Below are positions 28,824 to 38,194 of a DNA stretch of 64,000 nucleotides, in pieces. The notes below the pieces were generated by a model that made no database searches, was not told the origin of the DNA, and saw only the letters and a list, made by a program, of their open reading frames with translations. The first letter of the stretch is position 1. The number at the start of each line of letters is the position of its first letter. The position numbers were made by a program, and so were the translations under genes. Location: positions 1 to 64,000 of IMG/VR virus record IMGVR_UViG_3300036766_000686; one strand, given 5' to 3'. The DNA comes from a virus.

Positions 28824-29878
28824 CCCACCACCCCCGTCTCCAGTGCGCTCAGCAGTTTCGCCTTTAGCTCGGGGTTGTCTTTCAGCACCCGCACCATTCC
28901 CTCTTCCCCGTGATAGCTCTCTCCAGCGAACGCGAGCCAGCCTCCGTGGGCGCGTTCGACGATCCCGACCTTCAACGCTTCCTTGAGAATTGAATCCACG
29001 TAATCAATGCCCTTCCCATAAATCACGGTGAACTCCGCACGACGAAACGGAGGGGCGATCTGGTTCTTTGCGATATAAACCTCAACGCGGTTCCCTATCG
29101 CTTCCTCGCCCTCCCCCTTGATCGTGTCCTTGCGGGATACCTGCATCAATAGCGAGGCGTAAAAGCGCGGGGCGTTCCCGCCCGCCGTACGCTCCTTCGA
29201 CCCGTACATCACCCCGATCTTGTCCCGCACCTGAGACACGAGCAACAACGCGATATCCTCGCGGCTCAACATGGGAACGAGTTTCGGCAAGCAACGGCTC
29301 CAAACGATCTGCTCCGGTGTTACCAGTTGTTGATCCCATTCTCCCTCTACCGTTGCCTTCGCTTTGGTGGCGTCGATGGAATCAAGGACAACAAGAATCG
29401 GAACCCGCTGTCCCGAGCTTCGAAACTCCTGAGCAACGTTTACCATGACCTCGATTTTTTCGAACGCTGCCTCAAGGTATCGGGGCTGTAGTATGACCAA
29501 GTGATCTGTGTCCACGCCCAACACCTTCGCATAGTCGGGGTCCAACTTGTGTTCGCTGTCAATGTAGATCGCCATGCCCCCGCGCGCTTGCGCTTCCGCT
29601 ACACAGTGTAAAGCCAGTGTCGATTTACCCGCGCCCTCCTTGCCCCACAACATAGTCACCCGACCGAGCGGGATGCCTCCGCGCCCAATCGCTTTGTCGA
29701 GCGTTGCGCACTGAGTAGAAATTACCCCGCGAATTTTGATCGCCATTCCATCGCTACCGAGGAGCTGCGCGGGGGAGAATTCTTCTCCTCGATTCAACTC
29801 CTCGAGTAGCCGCTCCGCGAAGCCCCCCGGCTTGTGCGCCGGGGAGACCTCGCGTTGTTCCTTCTTGCGGCTTGCCAT
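28820..29878 (-). CDS. recA: RecA recombinase
   Basis: LDKAIGRGGIPLGR, GKEGAGKST, YIDSEHKLDP, GGNAPRFYAS, and KNQIAPPFRRAEF. Confidence 0.95.
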   Translation of the reverse strand: MASRKKEQREVSPAHKPGGFAERLLEELNRGEEFSPAQLLGSDGMAIKIRGVISTQCATLDKAIGRGGIPLGRVTMLWGKEGAGKSTLALHCVAEAQARGGMAIYIDSEHKLDPDYAKVLGVDTDHLVILQPRYLEAAFEKIEVMVNVAQEFRSSGQRVPILVVLDSIDATKAKATVEGEWDQQLVTPEQIVWSRCLPKLVPMLSREDIALLLVSQVRDKIGVMYGSKERTAGGNAPRFYASLLMQVSRKDTIKGEGEEAIGNRVEVYIAKNQIAPPFRRAEFTVIYGKGIDYVDSILKEALKVGIVERAHGGWLAFAGESYHGEEGMVRVLKDNPELKAKLLSALETGVVG

Positions 29879-29886
29879 TGTCTTTC

Positions 29887-31212
29887 CTACTTCCTCTTTT
29901 GTTTGGCGATACGGTCAACCTCGGCCTGTATCGCATCAAGTTCGGTGTCCTCGCTGCCGACAGGTTCCGCGGGCGCGTCCTCAACCGCTTCGGGTTCTGC
30001 TACAATGTCCTCAGCCTTCGCTCCTCTTGTCTCGACACGACAGACCTTGGCAAGGTCGCATTTCCCGCAAGCATCGTCGTCCTCAAGGAAATCGCCATAA
30101 CATTCAGGTCGCGCCTCGTCTCCCTGTGACTTGCTCGCGGACGTTGTTGCGCGTTCCTTCTCGGCGGACTTAGATCGCAGATCGATCTCCTCGAAACAAG
30201 AATCCCCGTCCTTGCAAGTGCGGCAGATTTTATTTCGAGGCGCTTCCAATCCCACGCCCCAACACTTGCGCCGCTCTTGTGTCGGCGCCTGAGCGAGCGC
30301 GGGTGCGGGACGTTCGCGTTCGCTCGTGTTGTTTCGCCGCGTCTCGCGCGGCTCTTGTTGTGTCTGCCTGCGACGGTCACGAGGAGGGAACTCGGTAGCT
30401 TCCTCTTCCTCGGCATCAATGCCCAATAGAGCGGCTTCCATCTGATCGGGCGTCTTGATCCAGTTCGCAATCACTCGGAACAAGTCACAGTGGCCGCCCA
30501 CTCGAACCGCGTCCTCGATCGCGGCGCGTTGCGCCTCGTCGAACTTCGTCGGCTTCCTAAGCGTGTCCTTGTCGATTGACACTTTATAGTCCGTATTGCT
30601 GAAATCCTTTCCCGTCCTCGACACTTGCAACAACACAACAGGGTCAAGAGCGGTCAAGTCAATGTCGCCCGAATCGTCCATCTCCGAACACACCCCATCA
30701 AACACTGTGGTTCCCGAGAGGTAGACCTTCGGTTCGAAAGGCAAGCGCTTCCAGTCCCGCAATCGCGGAGCCCTGTGGTACATCGGGGTCATGCCTAGTA
30801 ACCAACGCTTTGTTCGTCTATGCTTCTCCCCGATACCCGCTACCGCCTCGACCATTTCCTCGCTCAACTTCTCCTTCGACGTTGCGAAGGCTTCACAGAT
30901 CGGGCAACGCGTCCTGGGAGTAATGTCGAGGTTCTTGCGCCCCTTGACGTGATCCCGAATCAACGGGTGCAGAATCACGGGATTCCGCTCGGGGTCGAGA
31001 CACACAACTCCGCCCTTGCCAACGCCGTAGTGCATCACCACCTGAAGGAAGTTAAGCCCCGCTGTAAAAGCAAAGTCGTCCTCAGAGTGAACTAACCCGT
31101 GGAGATAGACTTTATAATCCCCTTCATCGAGCTTCCAAAGTTTTCCTCCTCGGTCGCTATCGCTCCGCGCCTCGTCTCGCCGTTGTCGTACTTTGTCTAA
31201 ATCAATTCCCAT
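29887..31212 (-). CDS. Probable single-stranded DNA-binding protein (gp32-like) with Cys-rich/acidic tail
   Basis: MGIDLDKVR start, H...C...CPIC zinc site, RTGK..NTDY, acidic C-terminus, position between the UvsY-like gene and recA. Confidence 0.6.
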   Translation of the reverse strand: MGIDLDKVRQRRDEARSDSDRGGKLWKLDEGDYKVYLHGLVHSEDDFAFTAGLNFLQVVMHYGVGKGGVVCLDPERNPVILHPLIRDHVKGRKNLDITPRTRCPICEAFATSKEKLSEEMVEAVAGIGEKHRRTKRWLLGMTPMYHRAPRLRDWKRLPFEPKVYLSGTTVFDGVCSEMDDSGDIDLTALDPVVLLQVSRTGKDFSNTDYKVSIDKDTLRKPTKFDEAQRAAIEDAVRVGGHCDLFRVIANWIKTPDQMEAALLGIDAEEEEATEFPPRDRRRQTQQEPRETRRNNTSERERPAPALAQAPTQERRKCWGVGLEAPRNKICRTCKDGDSCFEEIDLRSKSAEKERATTSASKSQGDEARPECYGDFLEDDDACGKCDLAKVCRVETRGAKAEDIVAEPEAVEDAPAEPVGSEDTELDAIQAEVDRIAKQKRK

Positions 31213-31266
31213 TTTTTGATCTCCTTATTCTGCTTTGTTCGTTATTCATCTTATTCGCCTATTGAG

Positions 31267-31707
31267 CTACCTCCGCGCGGGGGTGCCCATGTTAATCGCG
31301 GCCATTTCCTCGCGCATCCTCGCGCCCTTGGAGCGCAGGTTCTGCGACTTCTCTTTGAGCGCTACAACGAAATTTTCCAATACCGTTTCATTATATCGGC
31401 AATGTGCCTCGGCTTGTTTGTAGGTCATGAACTTGTCGTCCGATTCGATCGCGGACTTGGTTTTCCACTCGCTCAACTTCGAGTCCTCAACCAACGACTT
31501 ATGCGCAACCCCCGCCCGCCACTTCCTATAGAGAGAGTCAAGGATCACCGTCTCGCATCGAGCCGTTGCCAGCAGCGTTCCATAGAAGGCAATCTGGGCC
31601 GAGACACGATCCATCTCCTCGTCTATGTTCTCCCCGATACCCGCAACCTCCTCCACGTTGATTTCGAACTCCTCTTTGCCCAACTTTACTTTAACTATCG
31701 CGTCCAT
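31267..31707 (-). CDS. UvsY-like recombination mediator (helical)
   Basis: All-helical 146 aa ending ALKEKSQNLRSKGA, located beside SSB and RecA. Confidence 0.5.
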   Translation of the reverse strand: MDAIVKVKLGKEEFEINVEEVAGIGENIDEEMDRVSAQIAFYGTLLATARCETVILDSLYRKWRAGVAHKSLVEDSKLSEWKTKSAIESDDKFMTYKQAEAHCRYNETVLENFVVALKEKSQNLRSKGARMREEMAAINMGTPARR

Positions 31708-31949
31708 ATTCCTTCTCTTTCCTCAGTTGATTGCTTATCCTGAAATATAGCGTCCTCGATTTCTTCTTCCCCTTTGAATCCGAAAACGAAAACACCCCAT
31801 TTTTGCGGGACTTCACAGCATTCCCCGCGTAAACTTCATCAATAACCCTTCGCAACAACTCGTCCCCAATGTCTTTAGAACTCAGCCGCGCGCCACAGCA
31901 ATTGCAATACATCCTAACGCTCGCGGAAATACGGGTGAGAGGTTTAACC

Positions 31950-34900
31950 TTACTCATACGCCTCAACCTTTTCGTGCTTATCGAGTGACCACGCCCCTCC
32001 GTCTATCCCGTGTAAAATCGTCTTGATCAATGCTCCGTTTTTGATGCTAGGTTTCAACTCTCTCCACGAGGACGCGAAACACAAGACGCGCAAAAACTCG
32101 CCATTGCAAGCGAGCCCAAACCTGCCCATCGCACGCCCTTCTTTGTCAAAAAGTTCCGACACCCTCGCCACAACTCCTATCACCTTTGCCCTCTTGTCGC
32201 TCAGTCTTACAACCCCCGCTCTCCCCAGTTTCTTATCCGCTCGATTATTCCACTCCCTCAAAGTCGCAGGGTGTTCGAGGAACAACTGCTCCGCATAGGA
32301 CTTAATAGACTTGTCGTCCATCAACTTTCGAATGTCCGCTAGATAGTTGATGTAAACATTATGCCACTCCGCAGACACGTCTCCGCAGACAAGCAACGGG
32401 ACTCCATAATCTATGACTGGGCGAAACTCCTCGTATAAGTTCCAATCGAGCTTCGCCCACAACGTCGTTCCGCTTGCGCCCTCCAGCAAGACCTTCAACC
32501 ACTTTCGGTCCCACCCCTTGTGCTCTCTCTCCTTCTCAGTCCCGGGAATGTTTTCTGCCAACGTCGTGTCCCCGACAAGTCTTTCCTGAAAATCTTTCAC
32601 AGCCCCAGCAAGGTAAACCGTTCCCGTCTCCGCAAACAACTCCTCCGATACATCGAATAAAGCTACCTTGACCTTTTCGTTGATGAATCCTTCAAGGTCC
32701 ACGAGCGGGTGGGGCAACATGGCAATAGGATTTATTTCAGCGGCAACCGTCAAGCGTTCCCTCTCGGAATACTGAGGCGCGGAGTGAAGGCGCGCACCAA
32801 AAGCTTTAACAAACTCCTCCTCTTTCCCTTTTGCCACGTAGGTCCAGAAGGCTTCGAAGTTCTCCACGACCCACTTGGGATTCACGAGCAGCGAATCCAG
32901 GGCTCCCGACTTCGCCAACACGAGCACCGTTCTCTTTGTAACAGCCCTTCCCCTCCGTCGCAAAAAATCAACAAGGTCAGCGTAAGCGCCCCCCTTACCG
33001 CGCTCCTCAACGATTGATTGCGCTCCAGCTTCTCCAACCCCTTTGATATGCAACAACGACCCGACAATGCACTCCCCATCTTTGTCGAGGGCAAAGCGGG
33101 CGCTGGACTTGTTGATATCGGGAAAGCGAACTGTGACTCCGTGCCTCTCCGCGTCCTTAGCGTATCGTCTAACCTGATCAAGGTCGGGTTCGTTCGCCAA
33201 CAACGCCCAATAGAACTCCAGCGCCCAATGACATTTCAAATACATGGTCCAATACGAGTGCAACGAATAGGAGACGGCATGGGAGTTATGAGAAACAAGC
33301 CCGTTAGCTAAGGTGAATAAATGATCTCCCCCAACTTCGATATCAACCACCGGTCGCACACCCGCGTCCTCCCAGCGTACAAGTCTCCGATAAGAGTAAG
33401 TCCGAAAGGCGGGTCCTTCAGTATTCGAAGCACAGGAAGTTCCCAAACTTTGCGCAAATTTCCGGATGTGGAAAAGCAGTCTATCGACAAACGAACCAAA
33501 GATTTTTTTTGTTTTATTTTGATCCAACGGTCTAAAGCATCGTCCCTCTCTGCTGTTATCTGAAAACGATCTTCTCCCCATAAAGGTTGGAAATGGTGAA
33601 GCCCATCTACCTCGATTAAAAAAGGGCCAACGAAATCTACTTGCCGAACCATTGTTCCTATCCGTATTTGGACATTTCTCTTGAAGGTTGATTGATCCAA
33701 CAAGCTCCAAATTTTTTCTTCCATATGAGAAACCGTCTTCCGTCTTATTTCTCCCGTCGCCATTCGTGCCGACAGCCGTCTCCCTATCTCTTGAATTTTT
33801 TCCGGGTTTCTCGTCCGCCACTCTTTTAGGCGCCGCGACCGAGCTTCCAAAATGTCTTGTCGAGAAGAGGTTTTTTTCGCCGTTAGTCTCGCCCACTCGA
33901 TTATCTTGGCCCTCTCGGCAGGATCGGCCCACCTCTTGCGACAGTTCTCCGCTCGAATATTCAACTTCACTTGTTGGCATACCGTACAGTGTTTTAAGTG
34001 CTCGGTCTTTTGCGACCTCACTTGAAAACTCTGGCCGCAAAGTGTCTTCCATCCTCCGAACTTTCGTTTCATCGACAAGCAATCCGGACACGTCCGCTGA
34101 TGGTCGATAACTTTTTTCATTCCTCGAAGTTCCTGCCCACACCTCGTCTTGTAGAACACACAAGCCTTCCTCAATAATTTCTCTGGTGCTGCATATCCCT
34201 CGTTCGGTTTGCCATCTGTGCCCGAGAGTGCATACCGTTGTTGAACCATCATCAAACTCCAACCTAACCGTTGGCCTGTATTCAATCGGCCAAATATGAA
34301 TTACTTTTTGAGTTGTAGGTTTGCCGTTTAAGAACCCAAATATCTTGTCGCCAGCACGTAACTGCCCGATCTCCTTCTCTCCTTCAACCGTAGCGACTTT
34401 TTCGGATATGTCAATACACTTGTTGAAACCGTATCGTCCGAATTTCACAATGGCATCCCACAACTCGTTTCCCACATGCGCGCTCATATCGGGGGTTCGC
34501 TTCGCGCAACCATCAAGAAACATCTTGCGAAAATCCTCGATTGCGGCGGCGCCTTCGGACTTGCCGATCTTCTTCCTCAATCTATCAGCTTCCTCAGCAG
34601 AGAACCCCGCTACGTCCGTTGCAATCTTGATCACCTGCTCTTGGAATATCAGCAGCCCGAAAGTTTCCTTCGTAATTGCTCCAACTTTGGGGTGGAATAG
34701 TTGCTCCTCTGTGCGCTCAGGCCTCTCTTGTCGAAGTTTGTACTCCGTAGCGAAATCTTTGGCGCCGGGGCGATTTACTGCGTTTAAGTTCACCACATCG
34801 TTAAAGCCCTTGAACGTAAGCCCCAAGGAACAACGGTGAGCGGACGAACTATCAAACTGAAATACTCCTACGAAATCGTGTCCCGTGAACGCTTCTAGCG

Positions 34901-36821
34901 TCTTGGGATCGTCAAGAGGAATACCGTATAACGCGAACGCGGGGGAGACTTGTTTGATGGCTTGCTCGGCTTCGCTCAGTACCGTCACCGTACGGGAGGA
35001 TAAGACGTCTATCTTAATGAGCCCCAACCCTTCAATGCCTTCCATGTCAAACGCCGTTACCACTCCCTTGTTACGGACCTCGATCGGACAGGTATTAACG
35101 ATAGGCTCTGGCGCAACAACAACCCCCGCCGCATGAACGCCAAAGGATTTCGTAAGTCCCTCCAGCGCCACAGCGTGTGCAACCACAGAAGGATTTTCCG
35201 CGGCGAACTTCTTAAAAATGTCCTTGTCTTTTAGCGCCTTCTCGATTGCTCCTCGATCGTCTTGCGGCTCGATAGCGGAGGCGGCAATCGAGACGGACTG
35301 GTAAGGAACGTCAAAAACGCGCGCAACGTCTCGCAATACCGCCTTGCCGTTCATCCTGCCGAGGGTCCCGATCAACGCAACTTTTTCCTCTCCGTACTTC
35401 TCCTTCAAATATTCAACGATCTCTCCGCGCCTGTCCGCACTAAAATCAATGTCACAGTCAGGCATGTTGATACGCCCCGGGGAGATAAATCGTTCAAACA
35501 TCAAGTCAAATACGATCGGGTCAACGTCGGTTATCCCGAGTAAATACGAAATGAGGGACCCCGCCGCGCTTCCTCGTCCCGGACCTTTTGCTATCCCATG
35601 CTCCCGCGCCCACCTACATACGTCGTATAAGATCAAGAAGTAATCCACGAATCCGTATTTACCCAGCACCTTCAACTCCCGCGCCACTCGCGCGGTATAA
35701 CTATCGAACTGAGCAGAGGGCAGCTTGTCGAGCCCGCGCGCCCTTATCCCCTCCCCCGCTAAGTTTATCAAATACTCAGCAGAGGATAAGAAGGGAGGAG
35801 GCAAGGATACATGAGGTAATCGAGCTTTCAAAGGATCAATAACTATTCGCGCGCTACACCTTTCGGCAAGTTCCACAGTATTGCGCAACGATTGTTCCAC
35901 TAAGTGCTCAGGAATGTGATGGTGATACTCTGAAAACCCATGCCGCATTTCCTCAGCGGACTTGAGGAAATACTGTGTGCCATCGAATGTAAAGCGATCG
36001 TCCGTTGCCATCGTCGCCTTCGTGCCTATCGCCAACATGACCTCGTGGTGCGCCGCGTCTTGCTCCCGCAAGTAATGAGCGTCTTGAGTTGCTAACAGTT
36101 TGCACTTCCCGCCCGTCAGTGCCAGACAATCCAACGCGAACTGATTTACCCGTTGTTGCCTTGCCTCGCGTAAATCGTGAGGCATGATTTCAAGGTAAAG
36201 GTTCTCCCCGAAGGTATCGTAAAGCATGGAAAACGCTAAGTCCAAATCTTGTGATCTTTTCTCAATCAACGCTCCATTGATCACCGATCCCGCGCACCCC
36301 GTTCCCACAGCAAGCCCTTTGCTCATAGAGCATAGGAACTGTAAATCTATTCTAGGTTTATAATAGAATCCTTCAAGCCACGCCTTGCTCGATAGTGCAT
36401 ACAAGTTCCTAAGCCCTTCGTCGTCCAGAGCCCACACCGTCAAGTGTTCAACGCGCCTGATGCCCTTCTCCTTTTCTATCTTCTTAATCTCCTCGCGTGT
36501 TCTCTTGCGCTTACCGGAGAAATCAGGATTTACAACGAATAGCTCCCCGCTCGTTTCTTCTTCGTATTTTTCAGCGTCCTCAAGTCCCCGCTGTTTCATG
36601 TCCTTGCCAACGTAGAACTCGACGCCATAGACAGGCTTGACCCCATGCTTATTGCACTGAGCGGTCAACAGGTACGCCCCACGGATCGTTCCGTGATCAG
36701 TCAACGCAATCGCGCCATCTCCTCGCTTCGCCGCAGCTTGAACATAGTCCTCGACACGGGCGCACCCGTCCAGCGCACTCATATCCGAATGAACGTGAAG
36801 GTGGACGAACTCACCGCCCAT
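31950..36821 (-). CDS. dnaE: DNA polymerase III alpha subunit with intein
   Basis: PHP domain FVHLHVHSDMSALDG, TDHG, GPGRGSAAGS, catalytic MPDCDIDF, HAAGVV, KIDVL, FQEQV, and YGFNK/SHAVSY split by the intein. Start ATG 36821 after GGAGG. Confidence 0.97.
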   Translation of the reverse strand: MGGEFVHLHVHSDMSALDGCARVEDYVQAAAKRGDGAIALTDHGTIRGAYLLTAQCNKHGVKPVYGVEFYVGKDMKQRGLEDAEKYEEETSGELFVVNPDFSGKRKRTREEIKKIEKEKGIRRVEHLTVWALDDEGLRNLYALSSKAWLEGFYYKPRIDLQFLCSMSKGLAVGTGCAGSVINGALIEKRSQDLDLAFSMLYDTFGENLYLEIMPHDLREARQQRVNQFALDCLALTGGKCKLLATQDAHYLREQDAAHHEVMLAIGTKATMATDDRFTFDGTQYFLKSAEEMRHGFSEYHHHIPEHLVEQSLRNTVELAERCSARIVIDPLKARLPHVSLPPPFLSSAEYLINLAGEGIRARGLDKLPSAQFDSYTARVARELKVLGKYGFVDYFLILYDVCRWAREHGIAKGPGRGSAAGSLISYLLGITDVDPIVFDLMFERFISPGRINMPDCDIDFSADRRGEIVEYLKEKYGEEKVALIGTLGRMNGKAVLRDVARVFDVPYQSVSIAASAIEPQDDRGAIEKALKDKDIFKKFAAENPSVVAHAVALEGLTKSFGVHAAGVVVAPEPIVNTCPIEVRNKGVVTAFDMEGIEGLGLIKIDVLSSRTVTVLSEAEQAIKQVSPAFALYGIPLDDPKTLEAFTGHDFVGVFQFDSSSAHRCSLGLTFKGFNDVVNLNAVNRPGAKDFATEYKLRQERPERTEEQLFHPKVGAITKETFGLLIFQEQVIKIATDVAGFSAEEADRLRKKIGKSEGAAAIEDFRKMFLDGCAKRTPDMSAHVGNELWDAIVKFGRYGFNKCIDISEKVATVEGEKEIGQLRAGDKIFGFLNGKPTTQKVIHIWPIEYRPTVRLEFDDGSTTVCTLGHRWQTERGICSTREIIEEGLCVLQDEVWAGTSRNEKSYRPSADVSGLLVDETKVRRMEDTLRPEFSSEVAKDRALKTLYGMPTSEVEYSSGELSQEVGRSCREGQDNRVGETNGEKNLFSTRHFGSSVAAPKRVADEKPGKNSRDRETAVGTNGDGRNKTEDGFSYGRKNLELVGSINLQEKCPNTDRNNGSASRFRWPFFNRGRWASPFPTFMGRRSFSDNSREGRCFRPLDQNKTKKIFGSFVDRLLFHIRKFAQSLGTSCASNTEGPAFRTYSYRRLVRWEDAGVRPVVDIEVGGDHLFTLANGLVSHNSHAVSYSLHSYWTMYLKCHWALEFYWALLANEPDLDQVRRYAKDAERHGVTVRFPDINKSSARFALDKDGECIVGSLLHIKGVGEAGAQSIVEERGKGGAYADLVDFLRRRGRAVTKRTVLVLAKSGALDSLLVNPKWVVENFEAFWTYVAKGKEEEFVKAFGARLHSAPQYSERERLTVAAEINPIAMLPHPLVDLEGFINEKVKVALFDVSEELFAETGTVYLAGAVKDFQERLVGDTTLAENIPGTEKEREHKGWDRKWLKVLLEGASGTTLWAKLDWNLYEEFRPVIDYGVPLLVCGDVSAEWHNVYINYLADIRKLMDDKSIKSYAEQLFLEHPATLREWNNRADKKLGRAGVVRLSDKRAKVIGVVARVSELFDKEGRAMGRFGLACNGEFLRVLCFASSWRELKPSIKNGALIKTILHGIDGGAWSLDKHEKVEAYE
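33285..34418 (-). mobile_element. 378-aa intein in DnaE (FNK|C...HN|SHA)
   Basis: Block A CIDISEKVATVEG, block B CTLGHRW, block F VVDIEVGGDHLFTLANG, block G VSHN followed by Ser. Confidence 0.93.
33308..34159 (-). CDS. Overprinted (+1 frame) Vsr/DUF559-like PD-(D/E)xK endonuclease nested within the DnaE intein
   Basis: GTG 34159 preceded by GAGGAAGG. Two C-x12-H-x3-C-x2-C repeats, a basic helical region, then SHMEEKIW...RQVDF...LIEVDGLHHF...ERDDALD...LVRL. Confidence 0.8.
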   Translation of the reverse strand: MFYKTRCGQELRGMKKVIDHQRTCPDCLSMKRKFGGWKTLCGQSFQVRSQKTEHLKHCTVCQQVKLNIRAENCRKRWADPAERAKIIEWARLTAKKTSSRQDILEARSRRLKEWRTRNPEKIQEIGRRLSARMATGEIRRKTVSHMEEKIWSLLDQSTFKRNVQIRIGTMVRQVDFVGPFLIEVDGLHHFQPLWGEDRFQITAERDDALDRWIKIKQKKSLVRLSIDCFSTSGNLRKVWELPVLRILKDPPFGLTLIGDLYAGRTRVCDRWLISKLGEIIYSP

Positions 36822-37626
36822 AATAACCCTCCGCAATCACGGCAAACGCCTTCCCGCACCTACGCGCCTCGTAAGCTGTAGACATATAAAGTCTAAGCGT
36901 TGTAAACCTCGCCTCCGCAATACGACAACGAAACGGGGGAACACAGTTGTTTAAGCGCTCAGCAATCTCGACACGCCAACGTCTTACCCCGATTATTCTT
37001 GTCATCGCCCCACCCTTCCAATCCTCGAACGTGCAAACAACGCGCGGGGTATGTTCAAGTCTTAGGACTTCACGAGGACGGGTGTCTATGCGATACAGCG
37101 ACCCTTCGATCGCCGCAACATATCTCTCCTCGCCCTTCTCCCCCAACACGTATGCCGCGGGGTGCGCAAGTTCAAGGCCGCTTAGGAAATGCTGGAATAG
37201 CTTTTCACCACGCCTCTCCATGCGCTCTCGGGCAAAGCGCTCCATCATTTTCGAGCGTCCTCTATCCAATGTCGCCCTCGTCCGCTCCGCGTTTATTCTA
37301 TCCACCCGCTCCTCATTCAACGGTCCGACAACGCCTTGCTTCCTCAAGCGCTCGACCCTACGCATCCAACTTTTTATCTGCCCTATCTCCCGCCTTCTGC
37401 TTACGAACCTCTCCGTTTCTATCTCGTTTAGTTTGCAATAAGTTCGGAAGCGTTCACATGCTGTCCGAAACTCACACCTTCCGACGTTGTTTCCTCGCGA
37501 AGGCAACCCGTGTATCGTGTTACGCTTGATGCCTTCGCACCTTTCCGCTCCGATGGCGAACGCGCCGAAGCATCGAGGAACCACGCGTGCGGATATTAAC
37601 TTGTGTTTACTTTTCTTATACTTCAC
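36811..37626 (-). CDS. Hypothetical Arg-rich protein with Cys motif
   Basis: 271-aa ORF overlapping the dnaE start. CFG...C...C...C motif. Confidence 0.6.
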   Translation of the reverse strand: MKYKKSKHKLISARVVPRCFGAFAIGAERCEGIKRNTIHGLPSRGNNVGRCEFRTACERFRTYCKLNEIETERFVSRRREIGQIKSWMRRVERLRKQGVVGPLNEERVDRINAERTRATLDRGRSKMMERFARERMERRGEKLFQHFLSGLELAHPAAYVLGEKGEERYVAAIEGSLYRIDTRPREVLRLEHTPRVVCTFEDWKGGAMTRIIGVRRWRVEIAERLNNCVPPFRCRIAEARFTTLRLYMSTAYEARRCGKAFAVIAEGYYGR

Positions 37627-38194
37627 GTTTCCCGTACCCGAGGGGGTCGCGCCACCCGGGCGCCATCACGTCGGACTTGGTTCGCTCTCGAACCCACTCC
37701 TCTGTGTTTCTCTGTAATACTCCAATCAATTCTCGTTTAGTCACTCCCCATTCCTTCTCCAAATAATCGACAAGTCTTTTAATAAATCTATTCTCCTGCT
37801 CTCCTACCCCACCGCATACTTCAACCGACTTCACAAGCGTCCTTAAGTTCAAAGCGTTTTCCCCCTCTACCCTAAACACTTCCTTCCACCACTCCCTCCA
37901 CTTAGCTATCAGCGCCATGTCCGCATTCGTCCGCTTTTTATCTCGCAACATTTTCGCCATCGAATACGGTGTTTCCCCTTCCAACTCTTGAGGGAATAGG
38001 GGAGCTTGTTGAGACCTGAGCCCGCCCCGTTCTATGTCGTCCTCGACGACCCTAAGCCACTTCGTCCTTCCTTCTTCCGTCTGCAAAGTTATCTTCCATA
38101 GTTCGCTCAAGGTCTTTGGCGGTACGCCTACACTCGATAAGGCGCCCTCGCAGTTTGTTGACCCGTTCGCTGCCCTTCCTTCGCTCTCCATCAT
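37616..38194 (-). CDS. Hypothetical protein downstream of the putative initiator
   Basis: GGAGG RBS, overlaps the upstream gene. Confidence 0.55.
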   Translation of the reverse strand: MMESEGRAANGSTNCEGALSSVGVPPKTLSELWKITLQTEEGRTKWLRVVEDDIERGGLRSQQAPLFPQELEGETPYSMAKMLRDKKRTNADMALIAKWREWWKEVFRVEGENALNLRTLVKSVEVCGGVGEQENRFIKRLVDYLEKEWGVTKRELIGVLQRNTEEWVRERTKSDVMAPGWRDPLGYGKREV

